Shown here: piece by piece, positions 6,219-15,595 of the stretch
How positions within the stretch are numbered: the stretch's first letter is position 1
Layout of the letters: each line of letters opens with the position of its first letter
IMG/VR virus record: IMGVR_UViG_3300037408_000925
Length of the DNA: 20,000 nt
DNA from: an uncultured virus (IMG/VR IMGVR_UViG_3300037408_000925)
Taxonomy: Duplodnaviria; Heunggongvirae; Uroviricota; Caudoviricetes
Reading direction: 5' to 3' (one strand)
Position numbers and translations under genes: made by a program
Notes under the pieces: model-generated
What the model saw: only the letters and a program-made list of their open reading frames with translations
Databases searched by the model: none
What the model was told of the DNA's origin: nothing

Positions 6219-7199
6219 ATGAGAATTAAATGTTTTTCGCATGGGGATTTAGATGGGGTAGTTTCAAATTTATTGATGTGTAGATATTTTAATATGTTGG
6301 GGTACGGTCATTCTACTGAGACCTGTAATACTGGAAAAAGTATAGATGAAAAAATATTAGCTTATATTAATAGTAGGGAGTATGACGAGGATACCATTAT
6401 TATAGTAACTGATGTGTGTATGTCTTATGATGTTGCTAATATCTTAAATACTCTACCCAATAAAAAAATCTTAATAGATCATCATGATACCTCTCAAAAA
6501 ATGCTTGGTAGAGGAAGAGAAGAAGGTACTGATTTTGAATGGGCTTCTATTCAAGAGGGTGATAGTGCTACAATGTTAGTATTTAGATACTTATATAATC
6601 TCGCTAATACACCTGAAATGAAGGAAATGTTAGATTCTTATAAACCTTTAGTTGTTGTAACTGATTTATGGGATACTAAGTCTAGACAAAGTGAGGACTT
6701 TATAGCTTGGAGAGATTCTATAGAAAATATCTTAGCTTTACAGAATGCTTTAGGGATTCAAAATATGAAAGCTAGGTTTCTGATTGACCCTAGTATAGAA
6801 CTAACTGATACTGAAACTGCTATGGTAGATACACTTAAAAAGATTAAAAATAATTACATGAAGTATATGAACATAACTGTAAAACCCATAACATATAAAG
6901 GACAAAACTGTTCTTATGGTATAGGTTTTGGAGGACTTTACCGATCAGAAACAGCAGATTACATCTTTGAAAATAATAAGGAACTTCTTTTTGTAGTACT
7001 AATTGATCTAAATGAAACTAGAGGCTCTCTAAGAAGGTCAAATCACCTTATAGCCGAGAACTTAGATCTTACAAAAATAGCAAAACAAATAGACCCTAAT
7101 GGTGGAGGTCATCCTTTCGCCTGTGGATTTGGTTTTACTTTGGATTCTTACTCTTCTATAATAGATACTTTCTTAAATGGTAACTTTTCTCTAGATTAA
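6219..7199 (+). CDS. DHH/DHHA1 family phosphoesterase (nanoRNase NrnA/NrnB-like)
   Basis: Motifs SHGDLDG, VTD, IDHH, SATML, DLWD and C-terminal GGGHPFACG. Confidence 0.9.
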   Translation: MRIKCFSHGDLDGVVSNLLMCRYFNMLGYGHSTETCNTGKSIDEKILAYINSREYDEDTIIIVTDVCMSYDVANILNTLPNKKILIDHHDTSQKMLGRGREEGTDFEWASIQEGDSATMLVFRYLYNLANTPEMKEMLDSYKPLVVVTDLWDTKSRQSEDFIAWRDSIENILALQNALGIQNMKARFLIDPSIELTDTETAMVDTLKKIKNNYMKYMNITVKPITYKGQNCSYGIGFGGLYRSETADYIFENNKELLFVVLIDLNETRGSLRRSNHLIAENLDLTKIAKQIDPNGGGHPFACGFGFTLDSYSSIIDTFLNGNFSLD

Positions 7200-7256
7200 A
7201 AATACTACTAACTTATATATACTCATATATTAATTTTTTAGAAGGAGTGAGTTTTC

Positions 7257-7778
7257 ATGGGAATTTTAGCTCAGAATATGTCATACTTATCATTAATAAG
7301 AAAAGAGATTTATAATTCTAATAAAGAAGTCTTTGTATCAGACCAAATTCTACCTGTAATAGACTCAAATGACCCTAAAGTATCGTTTAGACTAAGCTTG
7401 AATGGGGTAGAGTTAGATTTTATAGAAGAATCTTCAAATATAGTCCTTATAGGCGTACCTATCAAGGATATAAAAATAATAGGATTTGAATCACCTACAC
7501 TAGAATATAAAGTATCTGATTTAAAACTCTTTATAAGACCTGACTTTAAAAGCACTAATAAATCAGATACCCATATGATTCTCTTTAGATTCCTATTTTC
7601 TAAACACACTATTGAAGCTCTTTTTGATACAACAACCTCTACTGTAAAAAGATATACTGTAGGAGATATCTACTCTTTTTCTAAGATAAAAAATACCCTA
7701 ATACTAAATAAAAAATCTTTTCCTTTCTCTAGATACCTTAACGCATCTATTAATGGAAAACTAATTCTTCTAAACTAA
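7257..7778 (+). CDS. Hypothetical protein
   Basis: AAGGAG SD; 173 aa; TTATATATAC motif upstream. Confidence 0.75.
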   Translation: MGILAQNMSYLSLIRKEIYNSNKEVFVSDQILPVIDSNDPKVSFRLSLNGVELDFIEESSNIVLIGVPIKDIKIIGFESPTLEYKVSDLKLFIRPDFKSTNKSDTHMILFRFLFSKHTIEALFDTTTSTVKRYTVGDIYSFSKIKNTLILNKKSFPFSRYLNASINGKLILLN

Positions 7779-7814
7779 ATAGTATTGCTATCTCATTATT
7801 TAGATTTACTGCTA

Positions 7815-7843
7815 TTGACATTCATATTAACCTATGGTATAAT
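7815..7843 (+). promoter_or_regulatory. SigmaA/sigma70-type early promoter (consensus)
   Basis: TTGACA(7815-7820), 17-nt spacer, TGn, TATAAT(7838-7843). Confidence 0.9.
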
Positions 7844-7895
7844 TAAACTGTGGGGTAAATATGGGTGTTTTTTAATTTAGAGGAGGATGATTTAT

Positions 7896-9146
7896 ATGAG
7901 AACAAATAGTATAATATCAATTCTAAGAAAAAGAAGAGCATTGAGAAGAAGAGCATCAAGAAGAATCAAGTACGCTGAGGCTTTACAACTACTAAAAGCT
8001 TATGAAAACAATAATCTAAAGATAAAAACACTTATAGATAACAAATTACAACCCAATAAATCTATCTCAAATAAATGTACTCTTGATGGATGTGGTCACC
8101 CTATTAGATATGAATATGTATTAGTTACAATAGATACTGGTATTGAAAAAGTTGTAGGGTCAACTTGTGTTGCTGTTATGCTTGACTTAAGTAAAGAACA
8201 GATAAAAGAATTTTCTAAAATTGAAACTACTATGAAAGACTTCCATGATATGCTTCTTTGGAGAAAAACAAACATGGATGTATGGGAGAAACTACAGGAA
8301 ATTAAAAAACTTAATCTCGAATGGTTCAAACCCTTTTGGGAAGAAGTGGATTTTAGTAGATTACATCCAGAAGATGAAGATTTTATAAGAAGTCTTTCTA
8401 TAGATGAAGCTATTAAATACAATGAAGACAAAAAACCTATAGTAGGAAATACACTTAAAAGAACTAGAGGACCTAATAAACCAAAAGTAACAACTCCTAC
8501 CGTAACTCAAACAATAACAACTCCTCCTGTAACTCAAACACTTACTCCTTCTGTAGACCCAATAATTGTTTCTAATGGAAACCCTTTTGAGATAATACTA
8601 AATGAAATAATGTCTACTGTTGATACTCAAACTAATACTCAAACTAATACTCAAACTAGTACTCAAACTAGTACTCAAACTAATACTCCTCCTGTTGATA
8701 CCCAAACTCAAGCTCAAAAAGAAGAGCAGTATAAAGTACTTGTTGGTATGTTAGGAGATTTATGTAAAAAGTACCCTAGTAGTACTCTGTTAGCCAGTAT
8801 TAAAACTCAGCATGAGAGTGGAAAAACTCTCACTGAGAATCAATTATATTGGATTAAGGTATGGATAAATGATGATTACTTTCAAACTAAGATTAAAGGT
8901 ACTCCTAGAGAAGATGATTACAATAATTGTGATAAACCTATCAAAGATTTGTTTGTATCTTTAGTAGAATCTAAAGATATACATATCTATATGATGGATA
9001 TAGACAAGCTTTATACATCTAAGTTGGTATCTATGATAAGTAAGTACAAAAGACAGTTCAATGAGAAGATTTTGGATATGAATGACATAAACATGAAAAA
9101 TAATTGGATGTACTTTAGAATAAAACATCAAATTATTTTAAAGTAG
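7896..9146 (+). CDS. Hypothetical protein with Cys/His metal-binding motif and Thr/Gln-rich linker
   Basis: GAGGAGG SD favours ATG 7896; Arg-rich N-terminus; CTLDGCGHPIRY...VGSTCV; TQTN/TQTS repeats. Confidence 0.8.
   Translation: MRTNSIISILRKRRALRRRASRRIKYAEALQLLKAYENNNLKIKTLIDNKLQPNKSISNKCTLDGCGHPIRYEYVLVTIDTGIEKVVGSTCVAVMLDLSKEQIKEFSKIETTMKDFHDMLLWRKTNMDVWEKLQEIKKLNLEWFKPFWEEVDFSRLHPEDEDFIRSLSIDEAIKYNEDKKPIVGNTLKRTRGPNKPKVTTPTVTQTITTPPVTQTLTPSVDPIIVSNGNPFEIILNEIMSTVDTQTNTQTNTQTSTQTSTQTNTPPVDTQTQAQKEEQYKVLVGMLGDLCKKYPSSTLLASIKTQHESGKTLTENQLYWIKVWINDDYFQTKIKGTPREDDYNNCDKPIKDLFVSLVESKDIHIYMMDIDKLYTSKLVSMISKYKRQFNEKILDMNDINMKNNWMYFRIKHQIILK
8625..8688 (+). repeat. 12-bp in-frame tandem repeat ACTCAAACTA(A/G)T x5
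   Basis: Five copies encoding TQTN/TQTS. Confidence 0.9.
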
Positions 9147-9218
9147 TAAATGAATAACTCTCTTATATACAAATACTATAAAATATTATTAAAAATTATA
9201 TGTAAGAGAGGTATTTTT

Positions 9219-9596
9219 ATGAGAAGACAGGTAAATTCAATTACAGAAAGTACTGCCAAAATAAATATGGACGGAAAACCTAAAAAACTCCCTGCAAATA
9301 TTAGAAAATTTGTTACATCAAGACTTCAAAAAGAGTACGGTAGTGGATATTTCCCCAAAATACCCCTAAAAGAGATATTTAATATTCTAAAAGAATCTTA
9401 TATACTACCTGTAGATGAGTCTGGTGAGGAATGGTCAGGTATGCTTTTAGGAGACAGATCACACACATCTTTTGACCTTGTTATCTATGATAATGATACC
9501 CAAGAATTTGTACCTATCTCAGACTCTATGTTAGTATTAAGTTGGTACAAAATGGAACAGACAGGAAGATATGAAATCAACGCATACCTTTCTTAG
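9219..9596 (+). CDS. Hypothetical protein, possible virion/head protein
   Basis: ATG 9219 after GAGAGG is more plausible than 9150; N-terminus MRRQVNSITES. Confidence 0.75.
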   Translation: MRRQVNSITESTAKINMDGKPKKLPANIRKFVTSRLQKEYGSGYFPKIPLKEIFNILKESYILPVDESGEEWSGMLLGDRSHTSFDLVIYDNDTQEFVPISDSMLVLSWYKMEQTGRYEINAYLS

Positions 9597-9637
9597 AGTA
9601 AATTAATTTAGTTAGTATTAAAAGAGATTATATATAT

Positions 9638-9673
9638 AAAGTAGAATCTGTGTTATAAAGGTTCTACTTTTTT
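9638..9673 (+). terminator. Terminator-like hairpin
   Basis: AAAGTAGAATCT/AGGTTCTACTTT (one G-U pair) followed by a T-run. Confidence 0.6.
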
Positions 9674-9688
9674 ATTGGAGGAATTTCT

Positions 9689-10222
9689 ATGGGAAGTACT
9701 GATGCAAATAAGGTATTAAATATGAATATGTTAAAAGGTCTATTTATGGCTAACCAAACAAGAATAGGTGTAGCCTCTGGAAGTTCTAGTATTGAGGAAA
9801 TAAGAAGTACTAGAAATATACCTATGATTACAAGACAAGCCTCTATTATCTCAGGACTTCAAGTATCTATACCTGAAAGCTTTATCTACACCCTATTAGA
9901 AGAAGTAGCGGGTGAGCAGAAGGTATGGACTAAGGATGAGATTAAGGAATTACTATCAAAAAATGATAAGGCTGTATATAGAGCACTAAAAGTTATTTAT
10001 AGTCTTCAGACTGATACAGAAAAAAGACAAGAGCAAACAGGAGAGGTTAATTCTGTTGGGTTTAGTAGTTATGATTCTAAATTCTTAACAAGTCTTGCTA
10101 AACAGTATAGTGAGAGAGGTACTCTCTCTGTTAAACAATTAGAAGCTGCTAGAAAAGGTATGATGAAATACGCTGGACAGTTAGCTAAAATAGCTAATAA
10201 AAAAATTAGTGTGTCAGTATAG
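9689..10222 (+). CDS. Phage protein of unknown function
   Basis: GGAGG SD; C-terminal domain AVYRALxxIYxxQTxxE...NxVGFSxxD...LSxKQ...KYAGQL resembles a large-phage domain as I recall it. Confidence 0.8.
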   Translation: MGSTDANKVLNMNMLKGLFMANQTRIGVASGSSSIEEIRSTRNIPMITRQASIISGLQVSIPESFIYTLLEEVAGEQKVWTKDEIKELLSKNDKAVYRALKVIYSLQTDTEKRQEQTGEVNSVGFSSYDSKFLTSLAKQYSERGTLSVKQLEAARKGMMKYAGQLAKIANKKISVSV

Positions 10223-10237
10223 AAGGGAGAAACTAAA

Positions 10238-10846
10238 ATGAAAAAAGTAATAGGTAGTATTATAGAAAGCTTGAGGTTGGTTAGGGAGAGTGTATGTGAT
10301 GGTACTCTATCTGAGTCAAGTAAAACTAGTTTAGATAAATTTGATAAGGCTACCCTAGAAAAATATCGTAATTTGGTAGATCTAGTATATAAAAGAACTA
10401 TGAACAGTGGGGATAAATCCTTAAAATCTTTTAGAGAGAGATTACAGGGTGATGTAGCTTCCTTTTATGCTAATGAGATTAATTTATCTAAGATAAATTC
10501 TCAAATGAAGGATATAGTTAAGGAGTATGAGAATAAATTTACTGTTTTAGAGGGTCTAAGATTAATTCGAGAGAGTGTAGGTAAAGAACTTACAGAACCA
10601 GAAGTAGTTAAACGCCTAGGTGTATCTAGAGAAGTTTTTGATGCTTTTATAGAAAGTATTAATACTTATGGTATCTTTGGAAGAAAATTAGAGGGATATA
10701 AAACAGAAAGCTTTGCATACAAGTATGTAGAATTTACAAACAAAAAGAAAACAAAATTTACCCTAGTAAGTTTGAAGAATGTCGAATTAGGTAGTACAGA
10801 TACATATTATAAAATTAATAATGAGTTAGTACTTATTTTTGACTAG
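10238..10846 (+). CDS. Putative head-internal protein
   Basis: Motif SIIESLRLVRES at the N-terminus, repeated internally as TVLEGLRLIRES. Confidence 0.7.
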   Translation: MKKVIGSIIESLRLVRESVCDGTLSESSKTSLDKFDKATLEKYRNLVDLVYKRTMNSGDKSLKSFRERLQGDVASFYANEINLSKINSQMKDIVKEYENKFTVLEGLRLIRESVGKELTEPEVVKRLGVSREVFDAFIESINTYGIFGRKLEGYKTESFAYKYVEFTNKKKTKFTLVSLKNVELGSTDTYYKINNELVLIFD

Positions 10847-10859
10847 GGAGAGGATTCTT

Positions 10860-11129
10860 ATGAAAGATACAAAGAACGATATCATAGAAACACTAAAAGT
10901 AGTAAAAAGAGAAAAAGGGATAAATGAAGGAATGATGAAGGATTATGATATCATCATTCAAATGTTTCTAACCGAGTTTGTAAAAGAATTCCTTACTAAG
11001 TTTGGAACGGATAAAACACCTGAAATGATTGAAACATGGAGTGATTATCTTCATGAACGTGTAGGACAGGATGTTTTTAAAATAGTATCAGACGAAATAA
11101 TGAATATGTTTAAAAAAGGACTAAAATAA
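10860..11129 (+). CDS. Putative head-internal protein, N-terminal paralog of 11150
   Basis: ATG 10860 after GGAGAGG; MKDTKNDIIETLKVVKREKGINEG. Confidence 0.75.
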   Translation: MKDTKNDIIETLKVVKREKGINEGMMKDYDIIIQMFLTEFVKEFLTKFGTDKTPEMIETWSDYLHERVGQDVFKIVSDEIMNMFKKGLK

Positions 11130-11149
11130 GGATAAGTAGGAGGGTTATT

Positions 11150-11419
11150 ATGATAGATACAAAAAATAGTATCATAGAAACACTAAAAGTAGTAAAAAAA
11201 GAGAGAGATATAAATGAGGGTGCTATTATGACCTTTGATCTTGAAACAAAAAATTTTATAAAGGCTGTTGTTTCAAAAATGTATGAGAAAATGGGAAGTT
11301 ATGATCTAAGAGCTATTGATACTTTAACCAATTCTGTGCACAAAGCTGTCAGAGATAAACTATTAAAAGAAGTTTCTACAGAAATAACAAACCAATTGAA
11401 AACTAAAGTCCTAATATAA
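11150..11419 (+). CDS. Putative head-internal protein, N-terminal paralog of 10860
   Basis: AGGAGG SD; MIDTKNSIIETLKVVKKERDINEG. Confidence 0.75.
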   Translation: MIDTKNSIIETLKVVKKERDINEGAIMTFDLETKNFIKAVVSKMYEKMGSYDLRAIDTLTNSVHKAVRDKLLKEVSTEITNQLKTKVLI

Positions 11420-11445
11420 TACTACTTTTAAGGAGATGAATTTAT

Positions 11446-12306
11446 ATGCCTGCTACGTTTGTTAAAGGAAAGAAAAATGAAGAGCTTTGGGAAAAAGCTA
11501 AAAAAATTGTCGAAAAACAGTATAAAGATATAGATAAAGAAAGTGATCAGTACTGGGCTCTTGTTACTGGTGTATATAAACAATCAGGTGGTAAAATAGC
11601 CAATGCTCAAGAAAACTCAAATGTAAAAATAAGAAGAGTTGTAGAAGCTCTTTTTAATTCAAGAAAAAAGAGTCTTAATGAAGCAAAAATAGGGAATTAT
11701 GATGTGCCTTATGGTCTTAATACTATTATTAAAATTGAAAAAGATTTAAATTATAAAAGAATTAAAGTAGGTACATACTGGAAGATTACTGATTATGATG
11801 GTGGTAGTGGAGATTATGTGTTAACTCAGGTAAATATAACGACAGGAAAAGAACTCGCAGGTAAGCCTTGGTATCAAGGAAATAGTTATATAAGTAAGTG
11901 GGAAAAAGAGGGTATGATTTCTATTGCAAAAAACACTGATGTAAAAACTAAAAGAGATGTTACTGAAGGCATCTATGATAACAATAACCTTGCTGATGCA
12001 AACTCTTATTATACAATTACTTACCCTGTAAGTATGTATATACCTTCTGGAGCTAAAATAGCCAATCCTTACATGGGAAATACTAATATGTTTGAGGTAG
12101 AATACCAAAGAATATTACCTCAAGTAGGAGATGAAATTCATAACCTAATTAATGGAACATTCTACATCTCTCAAACAGGTAAAAATCTAATACCCGTACT
12201 ACCTGAAATACCACATGATACACCTCTTAGAAGCAAAGAAGAAATAAGAGTGAAATTCGATATGAGAGGACTACAAAAAATCGAAAAAAGTCGAATATTA
12301 GTATAG
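11446..12306 (+). CDS. Multi-domain protein with N-terminal ChaB-like helical domain
   Basis: MPATFVKGKKNEELWEKAK...YWALVTGVYKQSGG, then RVVEAL...SLNE, then an SH3-like segment. Confidence 0.7.
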   Translation: MPATFVKGKKNEELWEKAKKIVEKQYKDIDKESDQYWALVTGVYKQSGGKIANAQENSNVKIRRVVEALFNSRKKSLNEAKIGNYDVPYGLNTIIKIEKDLNYKRIKVGTYWKITDYDGGSGDYVLTQVNITTGKELAGKPWYQGNSYISKWEKEGMISIAKNTDVKTKRDVTEGIYDNNNLADANSYYTITYPVSMYIPSGAKIANPYMGNTNMFEVEYQRILPQVGDEIHNLINGTFYISQTGKNLIPVLPEIPHDTPLRSKEEIRVKFDMRGLQKIEKSRILV

Positions 12307-12316
12307 GAGTTCGTAT

Positions 12317-12904
12317 ATGTCTAAATATAGTGTTATTCTAGAAGCATTACAAAATAGGAGAGATAATACCCTAATAAATGAAACCTATACTCCTAAAAAA
12401 GGAGATAGATTTAAAGTCTTGGTTGGTAGTAAGTTTGGTATTCCTGGAGATATTCTTATATTACACAGTGTTCCCGAAGACCCTAATTACCCCAAAGAAA
12501 ATGCTGTGTTAGCAAGATTAAAAAAAGATGGTACTCCTACTTCCATTCTAGGCAAGGGTAATTGGGTGGCTTCTAGTTTAGATAATATAAAATCTTTCGT
12601 AGATGATGGGAAACTCTTACCTATAGAATCCGAAGAAGATCTGAAAAAGGGTGAAGTAGATTACAGTGCTATTAAAGATGTAGTAAAAAATCTTGGGTTA
12701 GATAAACTCTTCAAAGGTTCAATACCTAGACTTATGAGTTCCTCAGGAAGATATTATATGATCTACTTAGGAGAAGGTGATGTACAGAGAGAAACTATCT
12801 ACAAAAAATTAAAGCTAGCCCTAGAACGTAGAGGTATTAAAGTCCATGATATACCTAATTTTAAAGATACCAGATACCTTTTTATAGATAAAATTCAAAT
12901 ATAA
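12317..12904 (+). CDS. Putative head-internal protein, paralog of 12922
   Basis: SVILEALQNRR..LINE N-terminus; C-terminal domain similar to that of 12922. Confidence 0.7.
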   Translation: MSKYSVILEALQNRRDNTLINETYTPKKGDRFKVLVGSKFGIPGDILILHSVPEDPNYPKENAVLARLKKDGTPTSILGKGNWVASSLDNIKSFVDDGKLLPIESEEDLKKGEVDYSAIKDVVKNLGLDKLFKGSIPRLMSSSGRYYMIYLGEGDVQRETIYKKLKLALERRGIKVHDIPNFKDTRYLFIDKIQI

Positions 12905-12921
12905 TTAAAAGGAGTATAATT

Positions 12922-13629
12922 ATGAAAGATGTAAAACACTCTCCTATATTAGATGGTTTACACCTTATTAAAGAAGCAAAATCACCACCACTAGTGCCCC
13001 CTAATGAGGATAACTCTACACCTAATGGAAAAAAACATGGGGATACTATTAGGATTATAAAAGAAATCTATAAAGACCTCCCTAAAGGTTCTTTCTGGAG
13101 ATGTACTACTGTTGCTGGAGATACTTATAGTGATACTATGGGAACTAAAACATATAGTCATTATGTGTATGTTAGAATTAATGCTATAACAGGTAAACAA
13201 ACAGAATCAACTTTTAATAAATTTAATATGTCGGGTTTTCAAATGCTTACTCCTGAGCAAGTTAATACTCTGTTTACTCGTGGGGAAGTTCAAGTACTTA
13301 CTCCTGGTCTACCTCTTACTCAGGGAGAAATAACTATTGAAGACCTGAAATCTCTTATGTCTAACCTAGATGCCGATAAAATTATAGGATTACCTTTAAC
13401 TAAGTTGTTACCGAGACCTCGAAATTCCTCAGATTCTTTAGATATAGACTTTAGAGGAGCTACAGCTGATACCCTTAAAATGGATACCCTATTTAAAAAA
13501 ATATTAAAAGCTTTAGATACTAGAGGTTATAAATATACATTAATAGATAATTGGAAAACTGTAGATAAAGCATTACCCACAAAAGGATATACTGATTTTA
13601 TTTATATATCCAAAAGAAATGGAGGCTGA
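12922..13629 (+). CDS. Putative head-internal protein, paralog of 12317
   Basis: SPILDGLHLIKE N-terminus; GEI...LKSLMSNLDADK...FKKILKALDTRGYK matches GEV...IKDVVKNLGLDK...YKKLKLALERRGIK in 12317. Confidence 0.7.
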   Translation: MKDVKHSPILDGLHLIKEAKSPPLVPPNEDNSTPNGKKHGDTIRIIKEIYKDLPKGSFWRCTTVAGDTYSDTMGTKTYSHYVYVRINAITGKQTESTFNKFNMSGFQMLTPEQVNTLFTRGEVQVLTPGLPLTQGEITIEDLKSLMSNLDADKIIGLPLTKLLPRPRNSSDSLDIDFRGATADTLKMDTLFKKILKALDTRGYKYTLIDNWKTVDKALPTKGYTDFIYISKRNGG

Positions 13630-13632
13630 GTT

Positions 13633-15555
13633 ATGAATGATTTAATGAAAGAAGTTACAGAGGAGTTTTTAGCTAATAAAAGACTTATAAGAACTCTTGA
13701 AGAGTGTAATACTACAGAAATAGGATCTTGTACAACATGCTTTGAGAACTCTTTACCTGTTTTTAAGGTGTTTGACATGAAACTGTGTGACCATTGTGCT
13801 TGTAAGATACATGAATATCTTAATGAGAACTGTGGTATCTTAGATATAAACTATCAAAATGCCCATACTCTTGTTAATGAGGGTGTTGTATTCTTTGATA
13901 TGAAAAAGGTTGAAGATGAAGCTAAAAAAAGTTATGGTGGTGACATGAAAGCCCTATTTAGAAATTATGGTCTTAATGTCTATAAATTCTATCCTGATAA
14001 AGTAGATTTTCAAACTTTTACAGCTAAAACAAGAATAAATCAATGTATGATCGATTTCGATGGAGAATATGCTACTTCTGCTTTTGCTATGAAAGCTAAG
14101 CCTGACCCCGATGGAACTATGGCTCTTATAAAAGTTAGAGGTCAGGGAATTGTTACTCAACATTCTACACAAACAGCACCTACAACGATTCAAACACCCT
14201 CTCAAACAGCCCCACCAAAACCTACTGTACCTACTATAAATTTAAAACCTTTAATAGTAGATTTTTATCTGATTAATGCCAAAGGTACTGCTGAAAAGAT
14301 AGATGAAACTCCTAGTAACTATACTTTTAAAATAATTGGTGTTTTTGGAGCTAAGGATACTAACTACATTCTCCCTAAAAGTGATGTTAATGGAAATCTT
14401 GAACAAGCTGTCTATAATCTCATAGCAGATAATTTATTTAGTATAACTAATAAAGTATACAAGGCTGTCTACTCTTTCCCTCTATACAATGAATCCTTTG
14501 ATTGTATATTAGATGTAGAGAGTATTAAAAAAAGTGGAAAACTAAAATATACTGTGGATTGGGCTAATAGCTACCTACCCCTACCTAAAGGTAAAGGAGT
14601 CTTAGACATTGAAATAAATACTAAAACTAATGTAGAAGATACTCTAAGAGGTCAAGCTGATTTATTACTTTCGGAACTAGATCTGATACCCAATAACTTT
14701 AAAATACATATAGCTGATGTAATTGCTGATTGTGTTTTTTTAAAGTTTTTAGGTGACAAATATGCTTTTAAAGTAGATAAAATGTTTGATATTGTAGTAG
14801 ATATAGAAAAATATCATAAGAGTCATGATATTTTAAATTATGCTCTTGAACAAAGTATAGGGGAATATGGTGTTTCTCAGGTCTATAACATAACTACACA
14901 AGACCCTAATACTCAAAAAGATATTAATTTTGAAGCTTCTTTAGTTCGTGGGTGTACTCTTAAAGTTAAAGCCCCTCTTATCTTTAATGTTAAAGCTAAA
15001 TCTAGTGCTATTCCAGAATTTGAAGTGGAGCTTTATAGTGTTAAAGATGTAAGAAATAATATCACTAAAGAAATTATGAAAAATCTAAATTCTGCTTCTG
15101 GAAATAATATAGATGTTTCTCAAGCTAAAAAAGAAATACTTACATCTAAGGCTTCTCCTACTAAAGAAATGATGCTTAATAAAATAGCTAAATATCTTCA
15201 AAAGTTATATTGCCCTGTAGATACTATTTTTGATGTGGTTGACATGCCTTTAAGAGGTGGAACTATACAGGAAATTCTTATTAAGGTCACTAAAGCTAGA
15301 GAAGGTGAAGATGCCTACACTACAGATGATGCTGTCAATGAGTTTAGAGATAAGGTTGATATGAGTTTTGGAAAATTTAAAAGAGATATAAAAGACTATG
15401 GTATGGATGCTGGAGGAGACCCTTATATAGTATTATCCCTAATTGATAGGATACTTATAGATAATGTAGTAAAAGAGTTTAAATTAGACGAGTTCTTTAA
15501 TCTTAAAAAAATAGCAAATCTTTCTTACTTAGTGGAAAGCTTGAAAAGAACCTAA
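13633..15555 (+). CDS. Large hypothetical protein with N-terminal CxxC...CxxC zinc-binding motif
   Basis: GGAGG SD; CTTC...LCDHCAC; Thr/Pro linker; 640 aa. Confidence 0.8.
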   Translation: MNDLMKEVTEEFLANKRLIRTLEECNTTEIGSCTTCFENSLPVFKVFDMKLCDHCACKIHEYLNENCGILDINYQNAHTLVNEGVVFFDMKKVEDEAKKSYGGDMKALFRNYGLNVYKFYPDKVDFQTFTAKTRINQCMIDFDGEYATSAFAMKAKPDPDGTMALIKVRGQGIVTQHSTQTAPTTIQTPSQTAPPKPTVPTINLKPLIVDFYLINAKGTAEKIDETPSNYTFKIIGVFGAKDTNYILPKSDVNGNLEQAVYNLIADNLFSITNKVYKAVYSFPLYNESFDCILDVESIKKSGKLKYTVDWANSYLPLPKGKGVLDIEINTKTNVEDTLRGQADLLLSELDLIPNNFKIHIADVIADCVFLKFLGDKYAFKVDKMFDIVVDIEKYHKSHDILNYALEQSIGEYGVSQVYNITTQDPNTQKDINFEASLVRGCTLKVKAPLIFNVKAKSSAIPEFEVELYSVKDVRNNITKEIMKNLNSASGNNIDVSQAKKEILTSKASPTKEMMLNKIAKYLQKLYCPVDTIFDVVDMPLRGGTIQEILIKVTKAREGEDAYTTDDAVNEFRDKVDMSFGKFKRDIKDYGMDAGGDPYIVLSLIDRILIDNVVKEFKLDEFFNLKKIANLSYLVESLKRT

Positions 15556-15595
15556 AAATAAGATATTATTTTATACCAATCAATTTTTGTCTTTT

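Noticed and set aside
9150..9218. N-terminal extension of ORF 9150
   Set aside because: It has no SD, contains the TTATATACAA motif, and a GAGAGG SD precedes ATG 9219.
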